From Candidatus Moraniibacteriota bacterium (lineage in GTDB: Bacteria > Patescibacteriota > Minisyncoccia > Moranbacterales > GWC2-37-73): a DNA stretch of 64,000 nt. Under the pieces are notes generated by a model. That model was not told the DNA's origin and ran no database searches. It was given only the letters and a program-made list of their open reading frames with translations. The stretch is from the NCBI GenBank assembly GCA_003507445.1, contig DNVR01000019.1, positions 76,395 to 140,394 on the forward strand, given 5' to 3'. Position 1 is the stretch's first letter. Each line of letters begins with the position of its first letter. Shown here in pieces: positions 49,624-58,537 of the stretch. A program made the translations under genes and the position numbers.

Positions 49624-50304
49624 ATGCAAATAGTAATTTTGGCTGCTGGTCGCGGAACAAGAATGAATGAACTTGCTGATGAAGTTCCTAAACCAATGTT
49701 GGAAATAAACGGTAAACCAATTCTGGCTTATAAACTTGAAGCGCTTCCTGCTGAAACTAAGGAGGTTATTTTTGTTATTGGATATCTGGGAAATCAAATC
49801 CAGCAATATTTTGGAGATTCGTATGCTGGTAAAAAAATTTCTTATGTCGTGCAAGAGCAACTGAATGGCACTGGTGGCGCGGTGCAACTTGTGAAAGATT
49901 TAATAGAGAATGATTTTTTGGTAATGATGGGCGATGATTTGTATGTGAAAGAGGACATTAAGAATTGTATAAAAAACGACTTAGCTGTTCTGGGGGTGGA
50001 GGTTGATAATCCAAACAAATTTGGAATTATAGTATCAGACGAAAATAAAAAACTTTTGGAAATAATAGAAAAACCTGAAATTGCGGGTCCAGCATTGGCC
50101 AATATCGGTCTTTATAAATTAAACAAAAAATTTTTTGATTACCCATTGGTTTTTATTGGAAATGGGGAGTATGGCTTGCCTCAAACATTAGCAATGATGG
50201 CAAAAGATTATCCTGTGAAAGTGATAAAAGCAACAGATTGGTTTCCGATCGGGAATCCTGACGACTTGGAAAAGGCACAAGAGGAGATTTATAAATTTAT
50301 TTAA
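49624..50304 (+). CDS. Sugar-phosphate nucleotidyltransferase
   Basis: ILAAGRGTRM..PKPML, QEQLNGTGGAV. Confidence 0.9.
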   Translation: MQIVILAAGRGTRMNELADEVPKPMLEINGKPILAYKLEALPAETKEVIFVIGYLGNQIQQYFGDSYAGKKISYVVQEQLNGTGGAVQLVKDLIENDFLVMMGDDLYVKEDIKNCIKNDLAVLGVEVDNPNKFGIIVSDENKKLLEIIEKPEIAGPALANIGLYKLNKKFFDYPLVFIGNGEYGLPQTLAMMAKDYPVKVIKATDWFPIGNPDDLEKAQEEIYKFI

Positions 50305-50317
50305 TATCATATTGTAT

Positions 50318-51346
50318 ATGCAAAGAAAAAAAGTTGTTACAATTGGTGGTGGAACTGGAAGTTTTATGCTTCTTAGTGGACTGAAAAAATATCCAGTGGA
50401 TATTTCAGCGATTGTTTCAATGGCAGACGACGGTGGTTCAACCGGAGTTTTGCGAGACGAGTTGGGAGTTCTTCCTCCAGGAGATGTGCGGCAATGCTTG
50501 GTAGCACTTAGTGATTCATCTGAGGCATTGCGGGAATTGATGAATTATCGTTTTGAAGAAGGTGGGCTCAAAGGTCATAGTTTTGGAAACCTATTTTTAT
50601 CTGCTTTGGAAAAAACAAGTGGAAATTTCAGTAAAGGAGTTGAAGAGGCTATAAAAATTTTAAACGTGAAGGGGCAAGTTATTCCTGTAACAAATCAAGA
50701 TACCAATTTATTTGTGGAGCTGAAAAATGGAGAACTGCTTAAGGGGGAAAATGAAATTAATCATAATCATAAAATTGAAACAATTGGTATTGAAAAAAAT
50801 TTTTTAATGCCAACGGCTCAGGCAAATAAAAAAGCAATTAAGAGTATCTTGGAAGCAGATTTAATCGTTATTGGTCCAGGGAATCATTATTGTAGTATCA
50901 TCCCTAATTTGTTGGTGAAAGGAATCTCTCAGGCAATTTGCAAATCAAAAGCAACTGTTGTATATAATTGCAACTTGGTTAATAAACATGGTCATACAGA
51001 GATGTTTTCTTTGGATGAATATGTTGATTCAATAAATCATTATTTAGGCAAAAAAAGAGTTGATTTTGTTACATATAATTCCAAAAAACCAAACGCTAAT
51101 TTGATTAAGCGATATGAGAACCAAAAAGAATTATTGATTCCATTTGATGTTAATTTGCGATCAAAAAGAGCATATCGTATTTTGCGTAGCGATATTTTAA
51201 ATAGCAAAAAAATCAGTTTCAGTCCTAGCGATATTTTAGCAAAACAGCGTGCCTTCATTCGTCATGATAGTGACAAGTTGGCTAAAGTGCTTATGATGAT
51301 TTTGGAGCTTGGAGAATATGAAAATATAATAAAAGAAATAATCTAG
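50318..51346 (+). CDS. YvcK/GlmR (CofD-like) family protein
   Basis: IGGGTG, ADDGGSTGVLR..PPGDVR, HSFGNL, RHD motifs. Confidence 0.92.
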   Translation: MQRKKVVTIGGGTGSFMLLSGLKKYPVDISAIVSMADDGGSTGVLRDELGVLPPGDVRQCLVALSDSSEALRELMNYRFEEGGLKGHSFGNLFLSALEKTSGNFSKGVEEAIKILNVKGQVIPVTNQDTNLFVELKNGELLKGENEINHNHKIETIGIEKNFLMPTAQANKKAIKSILEADLIVIGPGNHYCSIIPNLLVKGISQAICKSKATVVYNCNLVNKHGHTEMFSLDEYVDSINHYLGKKRVDFVTYNSKKPNANLIKRYENQKELLIPFDVNLRSKRAYRILRSDILNSKKISFSPSDILAKQRAFIRHDSDKLAKVLMMILELGEYENIIKEII

Positions 51347-51370
51347 TTTTTAAAATATAAATTAAAAATT

Positions 51371-52837
51371 GTGGATGAGCTAAAGCAAGAAACAAAAATA
51401 ACTTCGCGGCAAAATTTGCCAGAAAAAATGTTGACTCTTTCTGAGTTTCGAAGAGAGCTTGGCATTCCTTTGGTTTTGGCGAAAAAATTGATTATCTGGG
51501 GCGAGATTGAGGCAGTGAAAGCAATTGATGGAACACTTCGCATTGCAGCTCCAGAAGTTGCGGTTGCGAAAATACTTATTGGAACGCCGATTAAAAAAGC
51601 GTATTTGTTTGTGAGGGCATTGGGTCCGGGATTGATTACGGGAGCATCCGATGATGATCCAGGTGGAATTGGAACGTATAGTGCAGTTGGTGCAAAATTT
51701 GGTCTGAGCATTTTGTGGATGGCTGCTTGGCTTTTGCCGATGATGTTGGCCATTCAAGAAACTTGTGCGCGAATTGGTATTGTTACAAACAAGGGTTTGG
51801 CTGCAGTGCTTAAAAAATATTTCAGAAGAAGAACAGTTATGTCTGCAGTTCTTCTTTTGATGATTGCAAATGTTGTGAACATTGGAGCTGATCTTGGTGC
51901 AATGGCAGCATCTCTTGAAATGGTAACGAATATCAATTATGCCGTTGGCGCAATATTTTTTGCTGCTGTGATAATATTGCTGGAAGTTTTTGTGAAATAT
52001 CACACCTATGTGAAAGTTTTGAAATGGCTGACACTTTCTGTTTTCGCATACATCGTTGCAGGTTTTATGACTCATCCGAATTGGTCTATTATTTTTAAAA
52101 ACTCTCTTATACCACAAATATCTTTTTCCAAAGAATATATTTTTGCTATGATTGCAGTTTTCGGAACCACTATTACCCCGTATCTTTTTTTCTGGCAAGC
52201 CTCAGAAGAAGTCGAAGATGGAAAAATGAATCATAATGGGTACAAGAAAAAATTTGTTCATTCAAGGGTTTCTAATATGCGCACCGATGTTAATGCTGGA
52301 ATGATTTTGGCTAATATTGTTTTTTTCTTTATTGTCCTTACAACGGCAAATGTTCTTTTTGCAAATGGCATAACCAATATTGATTCAGCGCAAGATGCAG
52401 CACTAGCACTTCGTCCATTGGCAGGGGATTGGGCGTTTTTGCTTTTTGCAATCGGCATTATTGGCACGGGATTGCTGGCAGTTCCAATTTTGGCAGGAAG
52501 TGGAGCATATGCTCTCAGTGAGCTTATGAGTTGGAATAGTGGTTTGGAAGAAAAATTTTCCAAGGCTAGAGGTTTTTATTTAGTTATTATTATTTCAATT
52601 TTTGTTGGTCTTGCAATGAATTTCTTGGGCATTAATCCTATTTCTGCCTTGTATTGGTCGGCATTTTTAAATGGGGTTATTGCGTTGCCACTTCTTGCAA
52701 TCATAATGAAAATAGGAGGCGACAAGAAAATAATGGGAAGTGAGACAAATCCATTTTGGGTAAAAATATTTGGATGGTTGGCGATAATAGCTATGGCTCT
52801 GGCTCTTGTCGGGATGATAATTGTAAATGTGATTTAA
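51371..52837 (+). CDS. NRAMP-family divalent metal transporter with N-terminal HTH-like domain
   Basis: LGPGLITGASDDDPGGIGTYS, GTTITPYLFFWQ; ~75-aa soluble N-terminal extension. Confidence 0.9.
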   Translation: MDELKQETKITSRQNLPEKMLTLSEFRRELGIPLVLAKKLIIWGEIEAVKAIDGTLRIAAPEVAVAKILIGTPIKKAYLFVRALGPGLITGASDDDPGGIGTYSAVGAKFGLSILWMAAWLLPMMLAIQETCARIGIVTNKGLAAVLKKYFRRRTVMSAVLLLMIANVVNIGADLGAMAASLEMVTNINYAVGAIFFAAVIILLEVFVKYHTYVKVLKWLTLSVFAYIVAGFMTHPNWSIIFKNSLIPQISFSKEYIFAMIAVFGTTITPYLFFWQASEEVEDGKMNHNGYKKKFVHSRVSNMRTDVNAGMILANIVFFFIVLTTANVLFANGITNIDSAQDAALALRPLAGDWAFLLFAIGIIGTGLLAVPILAGSGAYALSELMSWNSGLEEKFSKARGFYLVIIISIFVGLAMNFLGINPISALYWSAFLNGVIALPLLAIIMKIGGDKKIMGSETNPFWVKIFGWLAIIAMALALVGMIIVNVI

Positions 52838-52841
52838 AATT

Positions 52842-53372
52842 ATGTTTGAAATAAAAATCGTACAATATTTCAACAGGATTGGCTCAAGGAAGTTTGATAA
52901 TTTTTTGGCACTGATAAATTCCATAAGATTTCTTGCGATTTTTTGGGTCGCAATTATTATAATTGCGATAATTAAACATCCTGAAATAACAAATTCTTTT
53001 CTTGTAGCTGTTGGAATTGTTACAATTTTGCATTTTGGAATTACAGAGGGAATTATAAAGCACCTGCTTTTATATATTATTCCTAAGAGAAAGCGTCCGT
53101 ATGTTGCATATCCGGATTTGATAAAATCAATTGGAAAAAAATTTAGCGACTCTTCATTTCCATCAAGCCATATGGCAAGCACCGTGGCGATGCTTTTTGT
53201 TGTCATTGCTTTTTATCCATCCTTGCTTTTGTTGTCTGTTATCTTTGTTTTGATTATGGCATTTTCGCGCTTGCACAGTGGAATGCATTATCCAACTGAT
53301 ATCATTGCAGGAATTTTATTGGGGCTAGTATATGGCCGGACAGCATTATATGCGCTGAGATTTTTATTTTAA
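52842..53372 (+). CDS. PAP2 family phosphatase
   Basis: K..RP, SFPSSH, SRLHSGMHYPTD. Confidence 0.92.
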   Translation: MFEIKIVQYFNRIGSRKFDNFLALINSIRFLAIFWVAIIIIAIIKHPEITNSFLVAVGIVTILHFGITEGIIKHLLLYIIPKRKRPYVAYPDLIKSIGKKFSDSSFPSSHMASTVAMLFVVIAFYPSLLLLSVIFVLIMAFSRLHSGMHYPTDIIAGILLGLVYGRTALYALRFLF

Positions 53373-53378
53373 AATTAT

Positions 53379-54029
53379 ATGAAAGTATTTATTGATTTTG
53401 ATGATGTCATTTTTAATACAAAAAAATTCAGAGAAGATTTGGAGGCGCTTTTTGATTCAAATGGCGTATCGAAAGAAATTTTTCAAAAATATTACACTGA
53501 TCCGAAAGACCAGAGAGCTATTAAGACATTCAATCCATGGTTGCAGGCAGAGCGCATAAGCAGGGTTATGGATTTTGATGTAAATAAATTAACGGAGGCA
53601 ATTAATGAATTTATTTTTGATATTTCTAGATATGTGTTCGTGGATGTTTTAGATTTTGTAAATATGCTTGGATCCAAAAATATATACGTTGTTTCCTATG
53701 GAGATTTGGAATTTCAACATAAAAAAATTAATGGTTCTATGGTGGATAAATATTTGGATAATATTATTGTTACTGAAAATCTTAAATCTGAAATTATAAG
53801 CAAGATAATTGCAGAAGATGATATGGAAAAGAATGAAAAGATTTTTTTTCTGGATGATCGCATTGAGCAAATTCGGGATGTAAAAGAAAAATTTCCTAAT
53901 ATTGTCACTATCTTAGTAAAACGTCCGGAAGGTCGTTATCAGGAAATGCAGAAAGAAGATTGCTGTGATTATGAAGTGCATAATTTGAAAGAAGCTGAAA
54001 AGATAATTAAAAATATTGAGAAAAATTAA
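53379..54029 (+). CDS. HAD-superfamily hydrolase
   Basis: FIDFDDVIFNT motif I; FLDD motif IV. Confidence 0.85.
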   Translation: MKVFIDFDDVIFNTKKFREDLEALFDSNGVSKEIFQKYYTDPKDQRAIKTFNPWLQAERISRVMDFDVNKLTEAINEFIFDISRYVFVDVLDFVNMLGSKNIYVVSYGDLEFQHKKINGSMVDKYLDNIIVTENLKSEIISKIIAEDDMEKNEKIFFLDDRIEQIRDVKEKFPNIVTILVKRPEGRYQEMQKEDCCDYEVHNLKEAEKIIKNIEKN

Positions 54030-54035
54030 TTTTGT

Positions 54036-55094
54036 ATGGATATTAAGAAACTGCAGCAATTTTTGCAAGAAAATAATTTGCCTAAGTTTCGTTTGGGGCA
54101 AATTCAAAAAGCCATCTTTACTGATGGCGTTTCTTCGTTTGGGGAAATAACAACACTTTCCAAGGATTTGCGAGAAAAAATGGAAAAGGAAATGCGGTTG
54201 CTTTCTTTTGATGTTGAAAAAGTTTTAGTGGCTAAGGATGGACAATCAATAAAAGCTTTGTTAAAACTTTCTGATGGAGAGTTGATTGAAACTGTTTTGA
54301 TTTCGCCTAAGCCAGAAATTTGGTCAGCTTGCATTTCTTGCCAAGTCGGCTGTGCGATGGGTTGCAGGTTTTGCGCGACTGGCAAGATGGGGTTCAAGCG
54401 TGACCTTACCGCTGAAGAAATTACTGATCAAATTTTATTTTGGAAACAATATCTTAAAAAAAATTCTTCTGCTTTGTTTGGAAATTGGAAATTGGAAATT
54501 GGAAATTGCGATGTTGATAACATCGTCTATATGGGTATGGGAGAGCCATTTAATAATTGGAAAAATGTTGCTGAGAGTATAAAAGTTTTGACTGATGAAA
54601 AGTTATTTGGATTTGGCTCACGTTCTTTGTCTGTTTCCACTTCGGGCATCGCCGACGGCATTGAAAGAATGGCTAATGAATTTCCGCAAGTTAATTTGGC
54701 AATTTCCCTTCATTTTGCGAGCGACGAAAAACGCGACCGATTTATGCCAGTCAATAAAAAAGATAATCTGGAAAATTTGCGACAAGCGCTGAAAAAATAT
54801 TTTCAAATTACAACGCGTAAAGTTTTTTTGGAGTATATTATGTTGGATGGAATAAACGACACTGCCCTTGATGCAAAGTTGCTGGCTGATTTTATATATT
54901 CAATTGGTAACACCCATCTTCTTCATATGAATCTCATTCGATACAATATGACAAGCGAGGACCTAAAGCCATCTTCAAAAACTCGCACGCAACTTTTCAA
55001 ACAAGAACTTGAAAAACACAACATTAACGCTACCATAAGAAAAAGTCTCGGCGAAGAAATCGAAGCCGCCTGCGGACAACTTGCTGGTAAGTAG
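54036..55094 (+). CDS. rlmN: 23S rRNA/tRNA m2A methyltransferase RlmN
   Basis: CAMGCRFC, MGMGEP, AACGQL. Confidence 0.95.
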   Translation: MDIKKLQQFLQENNLPKFRLGQIQKAIFTDGVSSFGEITTLSKDLREKMEKEMRLLSFDVEKVLVAKDGQSIKALLKLSDGELIETVLISPKPEIWSACISCQVGCAMGCRFCATGKMGFKRDLTAEEITDQILFWKQYLKKNSSALFGNWKLEIGNCDVDNIVYMGMGEPFNNWKNVAESIKVLTDEKLFGFGSRSLSVSTSGIADGIERMANEFPQVNLAISLHFASDEKRDRFMPVNKKDNLENLRQALKKYFQITTRKVFLEYIMLDGINDTALDAKLLADFIYSIGNTHLLHMNLIRYNMTSEDLKPSSKTRTQLFKQELEKHNINATIRKSLGEEIEAACGQLAGK

Positions 55095-55133
55095 TAGAAA
55101 GTATTTTGTAAAACGTATAATGTATAAAAATAA

Positions 55134-55201
55134 AAAAGCCTTCTTGTGAAGGCTTTTCATGATTATACCAAAACAATGCGGTCGTCTAGTTTTGGTATAA
55201 T
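55134..55201. terminator. Two hairpins between convergent rlmN and NUDIX genes
   Basis: aaaagccttc..gaaggctttt and attataccaaaac..gttttggtataat. Confidence 0.6.
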
Positions 55202-55235
55202 TGGTTTGTTGTGGTTGCTGTTTGTAAGATAATCT

Positions 55236-55625
55236 TTAGATAACCTTAAAGTGTTTTAGGGTTGGGATGATGTTGGGTGCAAGATTTTCTGGAAGGTTAT
55301 TGAGATCTAGCCATGCGTATTCATGGACTTGTTCGTGTGGAATTATTTTTCCTGTAAAGTTAGCAAGGAAATGCACAAGGACGACATCGAAAATTTCGCC
55401 ATCCTTTTCTTTTGTTGTGTGAAACAAAAAAGGTTCAGTATTTGTGATTTTTATATTAATTCCCATTTCTTCATATGCTTCTCGAGTCGCAGTTTCAATA
55501 AGATTTTCATTTTCTTCAACTATGCCGCCACAGAATTTCCAAAAGGTATCTTTACCTGAAATGTTTAGAAGTACTTTATTATTTTCGACAATAACTGGTC
55601 CTGATGCGATAATTATTTTGTTCAT
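55236..55625 (-). CDS. NUDIX hydrolase
   Basis: GGIVEENENLIETATREAYEEMG Nudix box. Confidence 0.9.
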   Translation of the reverse strand: MNKIIIASGPVIVENNKVLLNISGKDTFWKFCGGIVEENENLIETATREAYEEMGINIKITNTEPFLFHTTKEKDGEIFDVVLVHFLANFTGKIIPHEQVHEYAWLDLNNLPENLAPNIIPTLKHFKVI

Positions 55626-57331
55626 ATTTTTTTAACTAAATAAGTTTGACTTAGTTTGTATCCTTGTTTTCTGTAGTATCCTCTCACTCCCACTCCTGAA
55701 ATTACTACAATTTTTTTGAGGTCGTATTCTTCTTTGGCAATTCTTTCAGCTTCTAATAATAATTTTTTGCCAAGGCCGATGTGTTGTGGGGAAGTTGAAT
55801 CTAGCGTGTCTATTTTTGTTAGTTTTCCGTAAGTGTGAACTTCTCTAATGATGGCTGCATTTTTTAGAACTGGAAGCATATCATGAAGTTTGTCATGCTG
55901 AACTTGTTTCAGCATCTCGTTTGGCATATTGACTTTGCTGGATCCTGAAACAAGTTCAGCATGACACGTTGAACTTGGGATGCGTAGACGCAATAATGCA
56001 AACAATTTTTTCTTGTCCGGTGAAACATATTGCAGAAATATTTCCTTGCCGTCTGAGGCAGCATAATCAATGCGATCTAAAACAATTTTTTCTTTTACAA
56101 TATATCCTGCACCAACTTCACGACAACGAATGCAAGGACAATTGGACTTAGGAATAATAATTTGTCTAAGATTGGAAACTGTCGGACCGGCCACAATGGA
56201 TGGAGTAGGAACATCGCGAATAAGGCGAGCAATGCGCACATATGGCGTGATTGCTTCGTTTTTTATCTTCACTACAAGCCTCTCAAACGCTTGATTTGTC
56301 AGTGGGACATACTTTTTCTTCTTCCAGATGTCATACAGCTCACTGTTTTTTAAAACGACTGTAGGGTATATCTTGAGCATATCAGGTTGAAATCTGGGAC
56401 CTTCAAAAAGGGCCTTAAACATCTCAAAATCGCGTTTTGGGGTGCTTCCCGGAAGTCCCGGCATCATATGATAGTTTATCTTAAAACCACTATCCTTGAG
56501 CATTTTGGTAGCATCTATGGTGCTTTGGATGAGGTGTCCACGCTTGTTTAATTCGAGTACATCATCATAAAGACTTTGCACACCAAGTTCAACTCTCGTG
56601 CAACCAAGTTGACGAAAGTTCAAAATTTCTTTTTCATCAATATAATCCGGCCGCGTCTCCAAAGTGAGCCCAATAATTCTATGTTTCGCTTTTTCGTTTC
56701 TCTTTTGCTCGCGCAGTAGTTTGTCATGCTGAACTTGTTTCAGCATCTCGCCAAGCTGTTTGGCACTTCTGGATCCTGAAATGAATTCAGGATGACAACG
56801 CGGATAATCGTTGGCAGCCTTAAAGCACCCGTAAATAAATTTTTTCTGATACGCCTTTGGCAGAAAAGAAAATGTTCCACCCATCACAATTAATTCAATT
56901 TTATCTGTGCGATGACCGTTGAGCTCCAATGAGCGCAAGCGGTTTTGAACTTGTCTATATGGATCAAACTGAGAATCAATTGCGCGCATCACAGCTGGTT
57001 CATTGGAGAGATAACTCTTAGGCATATCTTTCTCACTAGGACAATAAATGCATTTACCGGGGCAGGGATATGACTTGGTAAGCACTGCCACCACAGCCAC
57101 ACCGGATTGGGTGCGAATCAAGCGACTCATCAAGGCTTCTTCAAATTTTTCACTGCGTTTGATTTTCTTTTGCTCAACTAATTTATTATATCTATCTCGC
57201 AAATCAGCATTGGTAGGCATTGCAACTCCGAATTTTTTACAAAGACTTTTTTTGAGTTTGCCAAAATCTCCCTGATTTTCAGAAAGTTCGTTTATTGCGG
57301 AGATTATATAATTGTCGTAAGATTGGCTCAT
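55622..57331 (-). CDS. elp3: Elp3-type tRNA U34 carboxymethyltransferase (radical SAM + KAT)
   Basis: CPGKCIYCP, GGTF, ETRPD, LKIYPT, IREVHTYG, QHIGLG, ISGVGVRGYYRK. Confidence 0.93.
   Translation of the reverse strand: MSQSYDNYIISAINELSENQGDFGKLKKSLCKKFGVAMPTNADLRDRYNKLVEQKKIKRSEKFEEALMSRLIRTQSGVAVVAVLTKSYPCPGKCIYCPSEKDMPKSYLSNEPAVMRAIDSQFDPYRQVQNRLRSLELNGHRTDKIELIVMGGTFSFLPKAYQKKFIYGCFKAANDYPRCHPEFISGSRSAKQLGEMLKQVQHDKLLREQKRNEKAKHRIIGLTLETRPDYIDEKEILNFRQLGCTRVELGVQSLYDDVLELNKRGHLIQSTIDATKMLKDSGFKINYHMMPGLPGSTPKRDFEMFKALFEGPRFQPDMLKIYPTVVLKNSELYDIWKKKKYVPLTNQAFERLVVKIKNEAITPYVRIARLIRDVPTPSIVAGPTVSNLRQIIIPKSNCPCIRCREVGAGYIVKEKIVLDRIDYAASDGKEIFLQYVSPDKKKLFALLRLRIPSSTCHAELVSGSSKVNMPNEMLKQVQHDKLHDMLPVLKNAAIIREVHTYGKLTKIDTLDSTSPQHIGLGKKLLLEAERIAKEEYDLKKIVVISGVGVRGYYRKQGYKLSQTYLVKKI
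55891..55966. mobile_element. 76-bp TGTCAT..ATGACA element in frame in elp3
   Basis: Encodes CHAELVSGSSKVNMPNEMLKQVQHD. Confidence 0.85.
56722..56797. mobile_element. 76-bp TGTCAT..ATGACA element in frame in elp3
   Basis: Encodes CHPEFISGSRSAKQLGEMLKQVQHD. Confidence 0.85.
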
Positions 57332-57404
57332 GAAACATGAAACATGTAGCATGTAACAAAAAAGCTTTTTAATTCAGATTTGTTATATGTTGTATGTTAT
57401 ATGA
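57329..57404. repeat. Heptamer inverted array filling the divergent elp3/methyltransferase spacer
   Basis: catgaaacatgaaacatgtagcatgtaac ... tgttatatgttgtatgttatatg. Confidence 0.8.
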
Positions 57405-57407
57405 TAT

Positions 57408-58106
57408 ATGAAAATTGAAACTGCTAATAAAATTTTACAGGAGACTGAGCTGGGTTACGATCTGATTTCTAAGAAATTTTCCGAGACCCGGAAGCATTTT
57501 TGGCGTGGGCTGGAGTTCATAAAGGATTATACGCACAGCGGCGATAATGTTTTGGATTATGGCTGTGGCAATGGCCGCCTTTTGGAATTGTTGGCTGATA
57601 AAAATATAAATTATCAGGGAGTTGATGTTTCCCAGAAGCTCGTTGACCTTGCCAAAAGCAAATATACTGGAGAAAATATTGAGTTTTCCAAAATAAGCTC
57701 CAGTCAAATTAGCTTAGCATTTGAGACGGGATTTTTCAATACCGTTTATAGCATTGCGGTTTTTCATCATTTTCCTTCAAAAAAATATCGCGAGGATGTG
57801 GCAAGAGAACTTTATGAAAAAACAAAAGACGGTGGGTATATTGTGGTAACGGTTTGGTTTCTTTGGCAAAAAAAATATTTGAAAAATATTTTACAAAATT
57901 GGATTAATAAAATAAAAGGGAATAGCGCATTGGATTGGAATGATTGTTCAATTTCTTTTACGGATAACTCTGGAGCGCGGGTTGAAAGATTTCACCATGC
58001 CTTCACAAAGAGAGAACTGAAAAAACTTTTTGAACTAGTGGGGTTTAAAACAGAAAAATGTGAAGTTGTTGATGGAAGAAATATTTTGTACATAGGAAAA
58101 AAATAG
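57408..58106 (+). CDS. Class I SAM methyltransferase, Trm9/ALKBH8-like
   Basis: YDLISKKFSETR..W, VLDYGCGNGR, SIAVFHH, RFHHAFTKREL. Confidence 0.8.
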   Translation: MKIETANKILQETELGYDLISKKFSETRKHFWRGLEFIKDYTHSGDNVLDYGCGNGRLLELLADKNINYQGVDVSQKLVDLAKSKYTGENIEFSKISSSQISLAFETGFFNTVYSIAVFHHFPSKKYREDVARELYEKTKDGGYIVVTVWFLWQKKYLKNILQNWINKIKGNSALDWNDCSISFTDNSGARVERFHHAFTKRELKKLFELVGFKTEKCEVVDGRNILYIGKK

Positions 58107-58122
58107 CCTAAAAATTTTGGTC

Positions 58123-58166
58123 TTGACGAGTTTTTTATTCTAGTGTAATATACCCCTAGAGGGTAT
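58123..58166 (+). promoter_or_regulatory. Promoter with overlapping CsoR/CstR-type operator
   Basis: TTGACG 58123-58128; palindrome ATACCC-CTAGA-GGGTAT 58150-58166 with the C/G-tract shape of CsoR-family operators. Confidence 0.75.
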
Positions 58167-58211
58167 TTACCATATAAGGTAGAATTTTTAATTTTTAATT
58201 CTTAATTTTCA

Positions 58212-58490
58212 ATGAAAAAAGAAGAAAAAGTTGCATCCGAAAAAGATGCGGCTGAAAAAATTGTGAATCGTATTTCTCGCATCGAAGGGCAACTTAGAGG
58301 TGTGCGAAAAATGGTTGAGGACAAAAAGCAATGCTTGGATGTGATCACTCAAATCACTGCCATTCGTGAGGCGGTTTCGATGTTGGGAATAGAACTTCTT
58401 AAAAACGATTTTGTTTGCAAATTTGATGGAAAGAAAAAAATAGATGAGAAATATCTTAAATCATTGTTTAAGATGTCAGCCAAAGGCTGA
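58212..58490 (+). CDS. CsoR/RcnR/CstR family transcriptional regulator
   Basis: NRISRIEGQLRGVRKMV..CLDVITQITA..NDFVC. Confidence 0.92.
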   Translation: MKKEEKVASEKDAAEKIVNRISRIEGQLRGVRKMVEDKKQCLDVITQITAIREAVSMLGIELLKNDFVCKFDGKKKIDEKYLKSLFKMSAKG

Positions 58491-58505
58491 TCAGCCTTTG
58501 GCTGA
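58476..58505. repeat. Perfect 30-bp palindrome overlapping the regulator stop codon
   Basis: tcagccaaaggctga-tcagcctttggctga. Confidence 0.9.
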
Positions 58506-58537
58506 AAATAATAATTAATAAATAATATTAAAAATTT

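Noticed and set aside
51380-52198. 272-aa antisense ORF (also 40107-40727, 52667-53206, 61810-62355 and the many short shadow ORFs)
   Set aside because: They lie opposite or out of frame within well-supported genes and have no recognisable motifs
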